Below the pieces are notes generated by a model that saw nothing but the letters and a program-made list of their open reading frames with translations, was not told the origin of the DNA and did not search any database. This document shows, one piece after another, positions 1 through 7,607 of a stretch of 64,000 nucleotides of DNA. The stretch comes from a virus, in IMG/VR virus record IMGVR_UViG_3300044959_000131, positions 64,001 to 128,000 of that record. One strand, 5' to 3'. The stretch's first letter is position 1, and every line of letters begins with the position of its first letter. The position numbers were made by a program, and so were the translations under genes.

Positions 1-1
1 A

Positions 2-127
2 GCGCGTCGAGAGAAGGTCATTTCTGAACTCAAGGCAGAACTTGAGCGCTTGGAGAAGGACAATGAGGCCCAGAAAGATCCTTCTGTTGTCAGGGCTCGT
101 CTTAGCCGGTTGCTCAACCCTCTGTAG
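2..127 (+). CDS. C-terminal fragment of a probable i-spanin (Rz-like); 5' end outside the window
   Basis: Frame 2 is open from the window edge to TAG at 125-127 and reads ARREKVISELKAELERLEKDNEAQKDPSVVRARLSRLLNPL (coiled-coil-like). It overlaps a lipoprotein gene in another frame, as Rz/Rz1 pairs do. Confidence 0.55.
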   Translation, partial: ARREKVISELKAELERLEKDNEAQKDPSVVRARLSRLLNPL

Positions 128-395
128 GGACTATTGCAGGCAGGATGAGCAAACACCCGTGCAGGTGGTGTCATCAGTAACCCCCTGCCTCGCAGAGCCG
201 CCGCCGGTCGAGAGGTCGGTCACGCCGACCGTCGATGAATCCTGTCCAAAACAGTTCGTTCTCTGCTTGGAAGTTGATGCGGGGCTGGATTTGGAGTACA
301 ACATCCGCACAACGAGACGGTGGATGAAAGAGGCTTGGGCTCGTTGTGGAACTGTGCTCGATGCCGGAGTGATGGCATTTGACGCCGGTGACTAA
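63..395 (+). CDS. Lipoprotein, probable o-spanin (Rz1-like)
   Basis: ATG at 63 gives MRPRKILLLSGLVLAG-C: basic N-terminus, hydrophobic core and LAGC lipobox (Cys17). The mature part is Pro/Cys-rich and starts inside the upstream ORF. Confidence 0.7.
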   Translation: MRPRKILLLSGLVLAGCSTLCRDYCRQDEQTPVQVVSSVTPCLAEPPPVERSVTPTVDESCPKQFVLCLEVDAGLDLEYNIRTTRRWMKEAWARCGTVLDAGVMAFDAGD

Positions 396-434
396 ACCGT
401 ATCCCAGAGGCACTTTCAGCTCTGTGGAGGTACC

Positions 435-686
435 ATGGGACTGAGAGAACGCCTGCTCGGTGTTGCGGGTAGCGGTAAGAGACCAACTCTCGTCATCTAC
501 TGGGCTGACACACGAAAGCTTCTGACGTACATGGAGAGGGTACTTCTTCACCAATCCGCAGAGGTAATCTCTGTGACTCCTCTTGAGGTACTACTCCAGG
601 ATATCAAGAGTGGTAGAAAGGTAGTCGTTCGGGGCATTACTGATGAGCATTTGCCGGAAGGCCTTTACTTTGACTCTGAAAGCTAA
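435..686 (+). CDS. Hypothetical protein (83 aa)
   Basis: GGAGG ribosome-binding site before the ATG; ends at a terminator hairpin. Confidence 0.6.
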   Translation: MGLRERLLGVAGSGKRPTLVIYWADTRKLLTYMERVLLHQSAEVISVTPLEVLLQDIKSGRKVVVRGITDEHLPEGLYFDSES

Positions 687-714
687 AAAAGAGGCTAGGA
701 GTCCCTAGCCTCTT
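685..714 (-). terminator. Rho-independent terminator between convergent genes
   Basis: 11-bp stem AAGAGGCTAGG/CCTAGCCTCTT with a 4-nt loop. The A-run at 685-690 gives a U-tract on the minus strand. Confidence 0.7.
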
Positions 715-735
715 AAAGCCCTACGGTGCCCCTGC

Positions 736-939
736 TCACCTCGAAGCGACCGCTGCATTCACGATCTTCGTGAGGATTACGGAGCGCTTCGTACCTCGCG
801 GAATGACGATTCCGAGCTTCGTATCAGCGAACTCGATGAGCTCTTCGTCAGAGAGCTTCTCCAGGTCTGCGCTGTCGACCGCTAGGTACGTCGTAGGGGC
901 AATGGTATTCGGACGCCGACCAGCAGGAGGCGGGCTCAC
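736..939 (-). CDS. Small helical hypothetical protein
   Basis: LEKLSDEELIEFADTKLGIVIPRGTKRSVILTKI resembles small helix-extended-loop-helix nucleic-acid-binding modules. Start codon uncertain. Confidence 0.5.
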   Translation of the reverse strand: MSPPPAGRRPNTIAPTTYLAVDSADLEKLSDEELIEFADTKLGIVIPRGTKRSVILTKIVNAAVASR

Positions 940-965
940 CTCCTGCTGCGTCTGTGCCGACGTCC

Positions 966-1937
966 CTACTGAGGGAGGTACTTGCTGATGTACGTCTTGA
1001 AGCCTGGAAGAGTGGTACCTTCCTGTCCAGCGCTCTGGCCCAGAGTCCCAGTGCTGAGGTAGATGTGGTGGACAGCAGCCATCAGCATCTCGACTGACTT
1101 CTTGAGATCGACGAACTGCGTTGCCAACGACATCAGGGATTTGTTGGTCTCAGACGTCTGGGCCGATAGGTTCCCGACCATCGTCCTGAAGTCTTTTCCC
1201 TGCCGTTCGAGCTCTTCAGACACCATCGACAGCCCCTTACCAATGGAGTCGATCTTGGACACAATGTCGTTCAGGATGGACGTCTGTTGGGAAGGCTGTG
1301 GTGGCGACACTGGTGAAACTGGGGCAGAAAGAACCACCGCCCCAGAATTTTGAACAGGTGGTGCGACCGGAACCTGTGCTGGCTGAACAGCAGGAACCTG
1401 TGCTGGTTGAACAGCAACAGTAGGTGCAGCAACAGGTGCCGCGAGTGGCGGTGGTGCTACTGCTGACTGTAGACCTTTTGGAGCTGGCCTCTTGAGCCCT
1501 GTAGTAGGCGGTGCAGAGGGAGGATCCTGTGGAGGGGGAATCGGAGTCTGAGCAGCGGCAATGGCCTGTGCCGGAGAAGCTACCGGTTGAGGCTGGAACT
1601 GTTGCATGGAGATAGGTGATTGTACGGCGGGTCCTGAATTGGTTCCGTTAGTTTGCACAGTTGCTCCAATCTGTTGCGACGCTTGGTTGTTGACTACCTG
1701 TGAATTGTTTCGGTCATCCGTAATCCATCCCTGAGCGAGCTCGTATTCGAGAACTTTGTTCCTTACCATATCTCTATCGCTCAGGGTTTCGTGGTAGCTC
1801 ATCAGTGCTGTGCCGTCTGGCTTCTTGTACTGCTCCGTTACGGCTTTCCTGATAGCCAGGAACTTGCACGTCAGGAGCTGTTCTTTCCTCACCGAGTATG
1901 GGATCGGAGACTCTGGAGGGAACTTAGGGTCACTCAT
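966..1937 (-). CDS. Hypothetical protein with a long Pro/Ala/Gln-rich linker and C-terminal coiled coil
   Basis: 323-aa ORF with ordered N-terminus, about 130-aa low-complexity middle and heptad-like C-terminus. Confidence 0.8.
   Translation of the reverse strand: MSDPKFPPESPIPYSVRKEQLLTCKFLAIRKAVTEQYKKPDGTALMSYHETLSDRDMVRNKVLEYELAQGWITDDRNNSQVVNNQASQQIGATVQTNGTNSGPAVQSPISMQQFQPQPVASPAQAIAAAQTPIPPPQDPPSAPPTTGLKRPAPKGLQSAVAPPPLAAPVAAPTVAVQPAQVPAVQPAQVPVAPPVQNSGAVVLSAPVSPVSPPQPSQQTSILNDIVSKIDSIGKGLSMVSEELERQGKDFRTMVGNLSAQTSETNKSLMSLATQFVDLKKSVEMLMAAVHHIYLSTGTLGQSAGQEGTTLPGFKTYISKYLPQ
1369..1416. repeat. 24-bp tandem duplication in coding sequence (VQPAQVPA x2)
   Basis: GGAACCTGTGCTGG(C/T)TGAACAGCA twice, one mismatch. 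Confidence 0.85.
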
Positions 1938-2151
1938 TGTTTTCTCCTTCTTCTTGTCGTTCTTCTGGTTTCTCCAACATGGCTTTGACAGCTAATTCTT
2001 CGCCAAATTTCTCCATCATCTGAGCCCTTGCCAGGTAAACCGGCTCTTCCACCGGTTCGTAAAGAACGCAAGTGAAATCTGCGAGAACCTTTTCGACACT
2101 CGTCTGTGCGCAGTTACCTAGGCGCGAGCAGCTCAGACAGTCGCCTCTCAT
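1930..2151 (-). CDS. Small Cys-rich hypothetical protein
   Basis: CxxC-x4-C-x13-C pattern; overlaps both neighbours in operon fashion. Confidence 0.65.
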   Translation of the reverse strand: MRGDCLSCSRLGNCAQTSVEKVLADFTCVLYEPVEEPVYLARAQMMEKFGEELAVKAMLEKPEERQEEGENNE

Positions 2152-2480
2152 TTGATACCTACCACATTCTTGTTTGGCTCAAAGCACAAAGCATGTCGGC
2201 CCTCTGAGCATGGGAAGGTCGTACACTTCCCATTGCATCCCGGAAGCTGACTCCTGCACTTATCCCAGTACCTGGCAATGAAGTCCTCGAGCATCTTCCG
2301 GCTATATTTCGTGTCGGCATAGTGCTCAGGAGCTGGGTCCTCTTCTCCTCGTACGATTCTGACTAGGAGGTCTTTCGGAAGACCTCTCCGGAGATGTCCC
2401 AGTCCCTGAGCCTTTGCCAACGCTAGTAGCTCTGTCTCGTTACAAGTGTAAAGAACCGAATCGTCAATCTGTGTCGTCAT
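2148..2480 (-). CDS. Hypothetical protein with C-terminal Cys cluster
   Basis: AAGGA site before ATG 2480 (the track starts at 2522). C-terminus CRSQLPGCNGKCTTFPCSEGRHALC. Confidence 0.7.
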   Translation of the reverse strand: MTTQIDDSVLYTCNETELLALAKAQGLGHLRRGLPKDLLVRIVRGEEDPAPEHYADTKYSRKMLEDFIARYWDKCRSQLPGCNGKCTTFPCSEGRHALCFEPNKNVVGIK

Positions 2481-2886
2481 CGGCTTCCTTGGTGAATCGC
2501 TTCCATCTAGAGAGCCACCCATATTTGGACTTGTCGATATGAAGCTCTGCGAGCTCCTCTACCGATGGACATGAGCCGCAGAATGGGAACGGCATCTCTT
2601 TGCACGTCGCGAGTTCTGTTATTACATATGTCTCTGGTTGTTCTCCCCTGTGTAAGTCAGCTATCGACTTCCATCGTGGACACATCACCTGTTCGATCTT
2701 CTTCTCTTGAACCTCGAAGAAGAGCGTAAACCTACTATTCGGGCAAGTATGGCAATGTGGCCTAGTCTTCAACAGGCACGAGGCCCTATGTACTTTCTCG
2801 ACGATCTCTGGGTCTTCTGGAACAGGATGACAGAGTACAAACCGTCCTGACACTCCCTCCTTTATCGGCTTGTCGTCATCACTCAC
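2464..2886 (-). CDS. Cys-rich hypothetical protein (probable metal binding)
   Basis: AGGAGG before GTG 2886 (the track starts at 2910). Contains CHTC, CPRW, C-x6-CGSC. Confidence 0.7.
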   Translation of the reverse strand: MSDDDKPIKEGVSGRFVLCHPVPEDPEIVEKVHRASCLLKTRPHCHTCPNSRFTLFFEVQEKKIEQVMCPRWKSIADLHRGEQPETYVITELATCKEMPFPFCGSCPSVEELAELHIDKSKYGWLSRWKRFTKEADDDTD

Positions 2887-2896
2887 ATACCTCCTC

Positions 2897-3337
2897 CTAG
2901 AAGATGCCAAACAGTTTCGGATTTAATTCTTCAATCTCGATCTCGACTCTCGGATTCTTCTTGTCGAGGTGTTTCTCTTGAGAAGCCGCAAATGTCTGGG
3001 AATCGTCGATGTCCAACGCATCCCTGACACAGTCTTCCAAGAGCTTAATCCTGTTTGTGAGGTCAATCCTCTTATACCGAGACTTTGCCCTTCTTGATGG
3101 TGGCTTTGTAACGTCGTCCCAAGTTTCGTTGATGAGATTGTCGAAGAAGAACTTGAGATGAAGACCGAATATCCCCTTGGTGTTCATCTCCGAAATCTCT
3201 GGGAGGAACTGCTTGGCGAAGGCGGCAAATTTCTCTGCGTAGACTCGAGCTTCTTTTGTCAGGATGGTCCCTCGAATGTATATCTTGTTTGATGTTGGAG
3301 GTAGTTCGTTGAACACCATCTTCAAGTAGGTGCGCAT
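2897..3337 (-). CDS. rusA: RusA-like Holliday junction resolvase
   Basis: PPTSN N-terminal motif, IDLTNRIKLLEDC, DDSQ and terminal PRVEIEI match the RusA layout. Confidence 0.8.
   Translation of the reverse strand: MRTYLKMVFNELPPTSNKIYIRGTILTKEARVYAEKFAAFAKQFLPEISEMNTKGIFGLHLKFFFDNLINETWDDVTKPPSRRAKSRYKRIDLTNRIKLLEDCVRDALDIDDSQTFAASQEKHLDKKNPRVEIEIEELNPKLFGIF
3071..3080 (-). promoter_or_regulatory. TCGGTATAAG motif inside rusA, candidate internal promoter
   Basis: Exact match to the recurring motif; lies in coding sequence about 185 nt upstream of the next start. Confidence 0.4.
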
Positions 3338-4341
3338 CAGAGAATCTCCGCCCCTGCCTTGTAGAGCTTTTCGAAGAACTCATTTCTCTTGGATCCGGAC
3401 AGTCCTGATTCCTCTGCCGCCTCGAACTGGTTCCAGTTCCCGTACATCATCATCCGAATGGCTTTGATTTCAGAGCGGCTGAGTGTTGTTCCATACAGGT
3501 CGTACTCCTCGAATAGTGACCAAACTCTCGGCCAGATGCTCTTGATGATCTCTCCGACGGCATTTGCGTACTGTCGGATTTCCCATTGTGCAGCTGGTCG
3601 CATTCGAAGATTGAGGAATCCAAGCCAGTTCCTGAGATTGGCCTTCGCTCGCATCTTCGAGTAGCGAGAGACTGGGGTGTTGAGTCGAGCAACCTCCTTC
3701 GGAACCCCAGCCTTCAAGCTCTCTTCGTAGTTATCGTAGATCTCTCGCTGCTCTTCGACGAAAACATTCCTGATATCATCGAAGTTCGCTTCAATGTGAT
3801 CGTACGATGTAATGCTCGATTCCTGCTTGTTACCAGATTTCTTGGGTGTGAACCGATCAATCTCAGGGACGTAGTGAAGGTCTGGCATCTGAGAGTATCG
3901 AGCCGAGAACTCGTTGAAACTTTGGGTGCGGTGCCGCATCCACTCTCTGAACACCATGATTGGCGCCTGGACTTCGATGACGAGCTCACACATCTCGAAG
4001 GGTGTAGCATGCTTGTGGCGCCATAGGTTATCGAGAAGTCCAAGGTCCCCTTTCGGGAAATGAGTGAACTCTTGGGATGTGACCGGATTGTTCTCACACT
4101 TATCGCAGGTCTTTTCTGCTCCATCTTGGTTGAACGGAATCGGCTTTGACTTCTCTGGATCCGATTGGTCCAGTTTCCAGACGGACTCGCATGTCTTGCA
4201 GCGGTAGTATGGATCCCACGACACGAATCCCCTGCCTGTGCTCATCCGTGCGGCTTCGACGATGGTCTCGTCGGTGCCCATCGAATCGATGTACTTCACG
4301 TATCCATGGTCGAGAACTTTGAAGGTAGTTCCTTTTTCCAT
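3337..4341 (-). CDS. thyX: Flavin-dependent thymidylate synthase ThyX with a zinc-ribbon insertion
   Basis: ThyX signature RHRTQSFNEFSARY, plus AARMS, HATPFE, EVAR, LRM and AQWEIR. Confidence 0.95.
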   Translation of the reverse strand: MEKGTTFKVLDHGYVKYIDSMGTDETIVEAARMSTGRGFVSWDPYYRCKTCESVWKLDQSDPEKSKPIPFNQDGAEKTCDKCENNPVTSQEFTHFPKGDLGLLDNLWRHKHATPFEMCELVIEVQAPIMVFREWMRHRTQSFNEFSARYSQMPDLHYVPEIDRFTPKKSGNKQESSITSYDHIEANFDDIRNVFVEEQREIYDNYEESLKAGVPKEVARLNTPVSRYSKMRAKANLRNWLGFLNLRMRPAAQWEIRQYANAVGEIIKSIWPRVWSLFEEYDLYGTTLSRSEIKAIRMMMYGNWNQFEAAEESGLSGSKRNEFFEKLYKAGAEIL

Positions 4342-4351
4342 GATCTACTTT

Positions 4352-4558
4352 CTAAAGTGAATCTGCATACTTCTCAAACGCTTCTGTAGCCTCATCAAGA
4401 GACTCGAATGGGCCATATAGAAAGGCCCATGTTTCGTCGGAGAAGTACCATCCAGCTTTTGTTACACCAGACCCTGGCTCGTACTTTTTGAGATCGTCTT
4501 CTGAAATGAACATGAGTGGGCTTCTGATGTTTAGCTTATCTTCTTGTCTTTCACTCAT
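4352..4558 (-). CDS. Hypothetical protein (68 aa)
   Basis: Fills the operon gap; GWYF...YGPFES aromatic pattern. Confidence 0.65.
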   Translation of the reverse strand: MSERQEDKLNIRSPLMFISEDDLKKYEPGSGVTKAGWYFSDETWAFLYGPFESLDEATEAFEKYADSL

Positions 4559-4814
4559 TTTCTTCTGCCTCGGCGAGTCTTTTGTACATCATGTCCATCG
4601 CTTCTTTCGTAGGAACCCCCTCATGAAGTGAGTGGTAATGGCTCGCTGCGTGTGTGCCGTTCTTCTTGATTAGGACGTAGCCAATCGAGCTGAAACCGCG
4701 AGAGGCATGACGATTCAGTTTTACAATGGCCCATTTCTTACCCTCCTTGACGACTTCCGGATTGAGGACATCAAAGTCCTTTCCGTAGTACATCTTCAAC
4801 CACTGCGCCGACAT
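4551..4814 (-). CDS. Hypothetical protein (87 aa)
   Basis: GAAGGAG site upstream; overlaps the next gene. Confidence 0.7.
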   Translation of the reverse strand: MSAQWLKMYYGKDFDVLNPEVVKEGKKWAIVKLNRHASRGFSSIGYVLIKKNGTHAASHYHSLHEGVPTKEAMDMMYKRLAEAEENE

Positions 4815-4834
4815 CTACTTCTCCTTCAATGAAG

Positions 4835-5497
4835 TCAACAGGCTTTGGGCCGGTCGAATGTAGGTAGTTTCTTCAACATTTTGTCTACTTCTTCGTAGAG
4901 CTGAGACAGAGATCCAGTATTGTTGATGGTGTAGTCGAAGTCATCATCGGTCAATGACTTCTGCTCTTCTTCAGATGAGTGTCCTTTCAGACCTACAAGG
5001 CCAATAGCACCTGGCCTAAGAACTCGGACTACGAAACCGTTTGTCCTCCTACGAATTTTATCGACCTCGTTCTTGAATCGAACATCTGAGAAGACGACTC
5101 CTTGTCTATTTCGAGACATGAGGCTTCTCCACCAGCTAGGCTTCGATACGCCTTTCTTCGGGTCGTAGTGCATGCCACGAGACAAGATGTCGTCTGCGAC
5201 TTTGAGGCCGTAATTTATCCACGTATCAAGGTACAGCGAACGGCCCCACTCTGTCCCAAGAGTCTGTAACGCAACTCTAGGAGATAGATATCCCTTCCCG
5301 GTTGGGTATCTGAAGTCTGGTGAGTTTCTCATGTCAGGCGGACCCCACAACTGCAAATCGCTGAAGCCGTATACTTCTTTGCAGATTCGCTTGAGTGGGT
5401 CTGCGAGTGCAACCTTCACGAAACGATACTTTTTGACGAGGTAGTCGGCGATTGTGTCCTTGCCGGAACCAGATTGTCCGAGAATTCCAATAATCAC
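4835..5497 (-). CDS. Deoxynucleoside monophosphate kinase (T4 gp1-like)
   Basis: IGILGQSGSGKDT P-loop, ADPLK, PRVALQTLGTEWGR and SDVRFKNE. Confidence 0.9.
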   Translation of the reverse strand: MIIGILGQSGSGKDTIADYLVKKYRFVKVALADPLKRICKEVYGFSDLQLWGPPDMRNSPDFRYPTGKGYLSPRVALQTLGTEWGRSLYLDTWINYGLKVADDILSRGMHYDPKKGVSKPSWWRSLMSRNRQGVVFSDVRFKNEVDKIRRRTNGFVVRVLRPGAIGLVGLKGHSSEEEQKSLTDDDFDYTINNTGSLSQLYEEVDKMLKKLPTFDRPKAC

Positions 5498-5499
5498 TC

Positions 5500-6084
5500 C
5501 TACCTCCTGAACGGGTTCCGCAAAGTCGACTGATTTACCTGATTTGCCACTGTCTCCACTCTTCGCATCCTCTCGATGTCTTGACCGCGCTGAGTGATCC
5601 TTCTCGATACCGTTTCCCAGGAACGTTGCGCCATCTCCTTTAGAGATTTCAGTACGTTGTACCTTGTGAAGTGGAACAAGTACTTTGAGTGTGCGGCAGA
5701 GACACGGACATCGTTTCTCATGGCGTCCGTCTTGTCCTGGACTGTCATCCTTCCATCATGGTGAGCTTTGAGAGCAATGCGCACGCTGGATTGGATGAAC
5801 TCAAGCTGAGCCTTGGCTACTTCGAGTTCACTTTCGGCCTTGGCGAATTCAGCCCCAATGAACCCGCACCAGTTACTGAGCTGCTGTAGAAGATCTCCAA
5901 GTTCATCATCTCCAAGATCCGTAAGTGACGCCGGAATTGTTCCGTTGAATCCATTCTGAGGCTTTGATGGCAAAACGATACCGGATTCGTAGAGTGAGCG
6001 CATTGCGTCTTCGATCACATCAAGTTGCTTCAGGCCAGTATCTGGGTCGATAGTAGTCAGGTTCAGAGAACCGAGAGTTGGCAC
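5500..6084 (-). CDS. Helical protein, possibly a UvsY-like recombination mediator
   Basis: All-helical coiled-coil pattern, TVQDKTDAMRND...SRRITQR ending, and position in the recombination cluster. Function is an inference. Confidence 0.5.
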   Translation of the reverse strand: MPTLGSLNLTTIDPDTGLKQLDVIEDAMRSLYESGIVLPSKPQNGFNGTIPASLTDLGDDELGDLLQQLSNWCGFIGAEFAKAESELEVAKAQLEFIQSSVRIALKAHHDGRMTVQDKTDAMRNDVRVSAAHSKYLFHFTRYNVLKSLKEMAQRSWETVSRRITQRGQDIERMRRVETVANQVNQSTLRNPFRR

Positions 6085-6098
6085 AGTTTCCTCACTAT

Positions 6099-6989
6099 TT
6101 ATTTCTTGGCTGGTGTCGAATTCTTTGTCAGCGCCGCGTATGCATCACAGTCATAGACATACGGGCACTGATTACAGTGGAAGCCGGTCGTTGCAGGAGG
6201 CGGAGTCTTCGATTCGAAGTGACTTTTCAGAAGACGAGCTTTCCCTTCAATGACCGCCCATAGTTCAGGATCAAACTCCACTGGGAAGTCAGCGATGTTC
6301 GAGTCATTCTTATTGAAGTAGAGGTATACGACGACCGGCCTGTTAAGGGCCGCAGCATATACCATTGCCTGAAACTTGTGCTCAGGCTTTGGTCTTGTAA
6401 GCTTCTCGAAGCCGCTGGAGTTAATGCTCTTGTATTCATGCACCAGACCGACTTCGTAGATGTATGGTGAGTCAGGTATGTCGTCGATGATGAGGATGTT
6501 TTCTGCGTCTGCGTGACCTTCAATCATGAGACTTTCTGAGAGCTCTTGTAGGTCCTTAGAAAGTCTCACTTCGTGGTAGTACTCGGGCCCCCAAGCGCCC
6601 ATTCTTCCATAGCTCTGGAGCATGTCGTGTATCGCGTGCCCCAGATCGAAGATGAGCATTGTTCTGGCCTCGATCTTCTCTTGGCCCTCTTTGCCTATCA
6701 TCTCGTTGTACGTCTTTAGAAGGCACGGATGAGGGAGTTGAGATGGATGGATTCCTGGCAGTCTTGGTTCGGTCGGAATCCACCCACGCTTGTCACAAAC
6801 TGGGCAAGGTCTCCATTTTGAGTCCTCGTTGTGTATTGTCTTTTTCTTGTTGTCCGACCACTTTTCTTTCAGGAACTTGTAGAGTCGGTCCTTCAGCTTG
6901 ATGTGCTGGAGGATGATTGGCCTCATCGCTTTGTCGAGCTCCATCCACTGATCAATTGTGTGGAGCTTGACTATTTTCTTGGCTGTCAA
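6099..6989 (-). CDS. Cas4-like PD-(D/E)XK exonuclease with Fe-S cysteines
   Basis: HPSQLPHPC, GHAIH, GHAD, HEYKS, QAMVY and C-terminal CNQCPYVYDC. Confidence 0.85.
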   Translation of the reverse strand: MTAKKIVKLHTIDQWMELDKAMRPIILQHIKLKDRLYKFLKEKWSDNKKKTIHNEDSKWRPCPVCDKRGWIPTEPRLPGIHPSQLPHPCLLKTYNEMIGKEGQEKIEARTMLIFDLGHAIHDMLQSYGRMGAWGPEYYHEVRLSKDLQELSESLMIEGHADAENILIIDDIPDSPYIYEVGLVHEYKSINSSGFEKLTRPKPEHKFQAMVYAAALNRPVVVYLYFNKNDSNIADFPVEFDPELWAVIEGKARLLKSHFESKTPPPATTGFHCNQCPYVYDCDAYAALTKNSTPAKK

Positions 6990-7330
6990 GATTGATTCCT
7001 CGTATCAGAATTCTGGCTACGCAAGTCCAAGTATTCCTGCCAATCAATCACGGCGAATCTCTTTGGCGGATTCCCTTGGAACTCGATTTGGAACGCCCAT
7101 CCCTCCATACCACCCATTACGGCTTCAGCCCTGATCTTCTCAAGGTCGGCCAACTGTAATCGGTAGGACTTGGCAGAGGTTGTCTTGCACTCCAATCTCA
7201 TGTCACCTGCTTTTCGAGCGTCGCTTTTGTAGAACTCTGGTGCGCCTGACCCTGGCTGTACTCTTCCGCCGATGTCTATTGCGGCGCGTCTTTCTTGAAG
7301 CTGACTTTTTCTTCGATTTCTGTTCATCAA
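6986..7330 (-). CDS. Small PD-(D/E)XK nuclease, phage Hjc-type resolvase-like
   Basis: E...GSGA...KSD...LECKTT catalytic layout; AGGAG site before ATG. Confidence 0.75.
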   Translation of the reverse strand: MMNRNRRKSQLQERRAAIDIGGRVQPGSGAPEFYKSDARKAGDMRLECKTTSAKSYRLQLADLEKIRAEAVMGGMEGWAFQIEFQGNPPKRFAVIDWQEYLDLRSQNSDTRNQS

Positions 7331-7601
7331 CTAGTCTCCTCACATGCGATTCAATCTGCCGATTGACGTCAAAAAGTACCGCCCCTGGCATCCTCTTGTG
7401 CGACGAGAACGTCTTCCTTCCGCATTCGACCATCAAGGCGAATTCATCCGTCTTGAGGCTATGCTGCATGGTAACGAACACCTTCTCCCCAGAGGCGACA
7501 GACAATCTCGTCGCATTTTTAGCCAGCATCGAGAACTGCTTCTCCAAGTACCGGTTACGCTCTGGCGCCTTCGGGGAGAAGGTGAATGATGTCTTCATCA
7601 T
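7203..7601 (-). CDS. Hypothetical protein (132 aa) whose basic tail overlaps the next gene
   Basis: Only long minus-strand ORF directly after recA; 128-nt same-strand overlap with 6986..7330. Confidence 0.5.
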   Translation of the reverse strand: MMKTSFTFSPKAPERNRYLEKQFSMLAKNATRLSVASGEKVFVTMQHSLKTDEFALMVECGRKTFSSHKRMPGAVLFDVNRQIESHVRRLVDEQKSKKKSASRKTRRNRHRRKSTARVRRTRVLQKRRSKSR

Positions 7602-7607
7602 ATACTT

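Noticed and set aside
6099-6989. CRISPR-Cas locus suggested by the Cas4-like gene
   Set aside because: No repeat-spacer array and no cas1 or cas2 seen; stand-alone Cas4-like nucleases are common in phage replication modules.
7330-7601. Ribosome hibernation factor-like protein
   Set aside because: Only a vague C-terminal helix resemblance; no conserved HPF motifs recognised.
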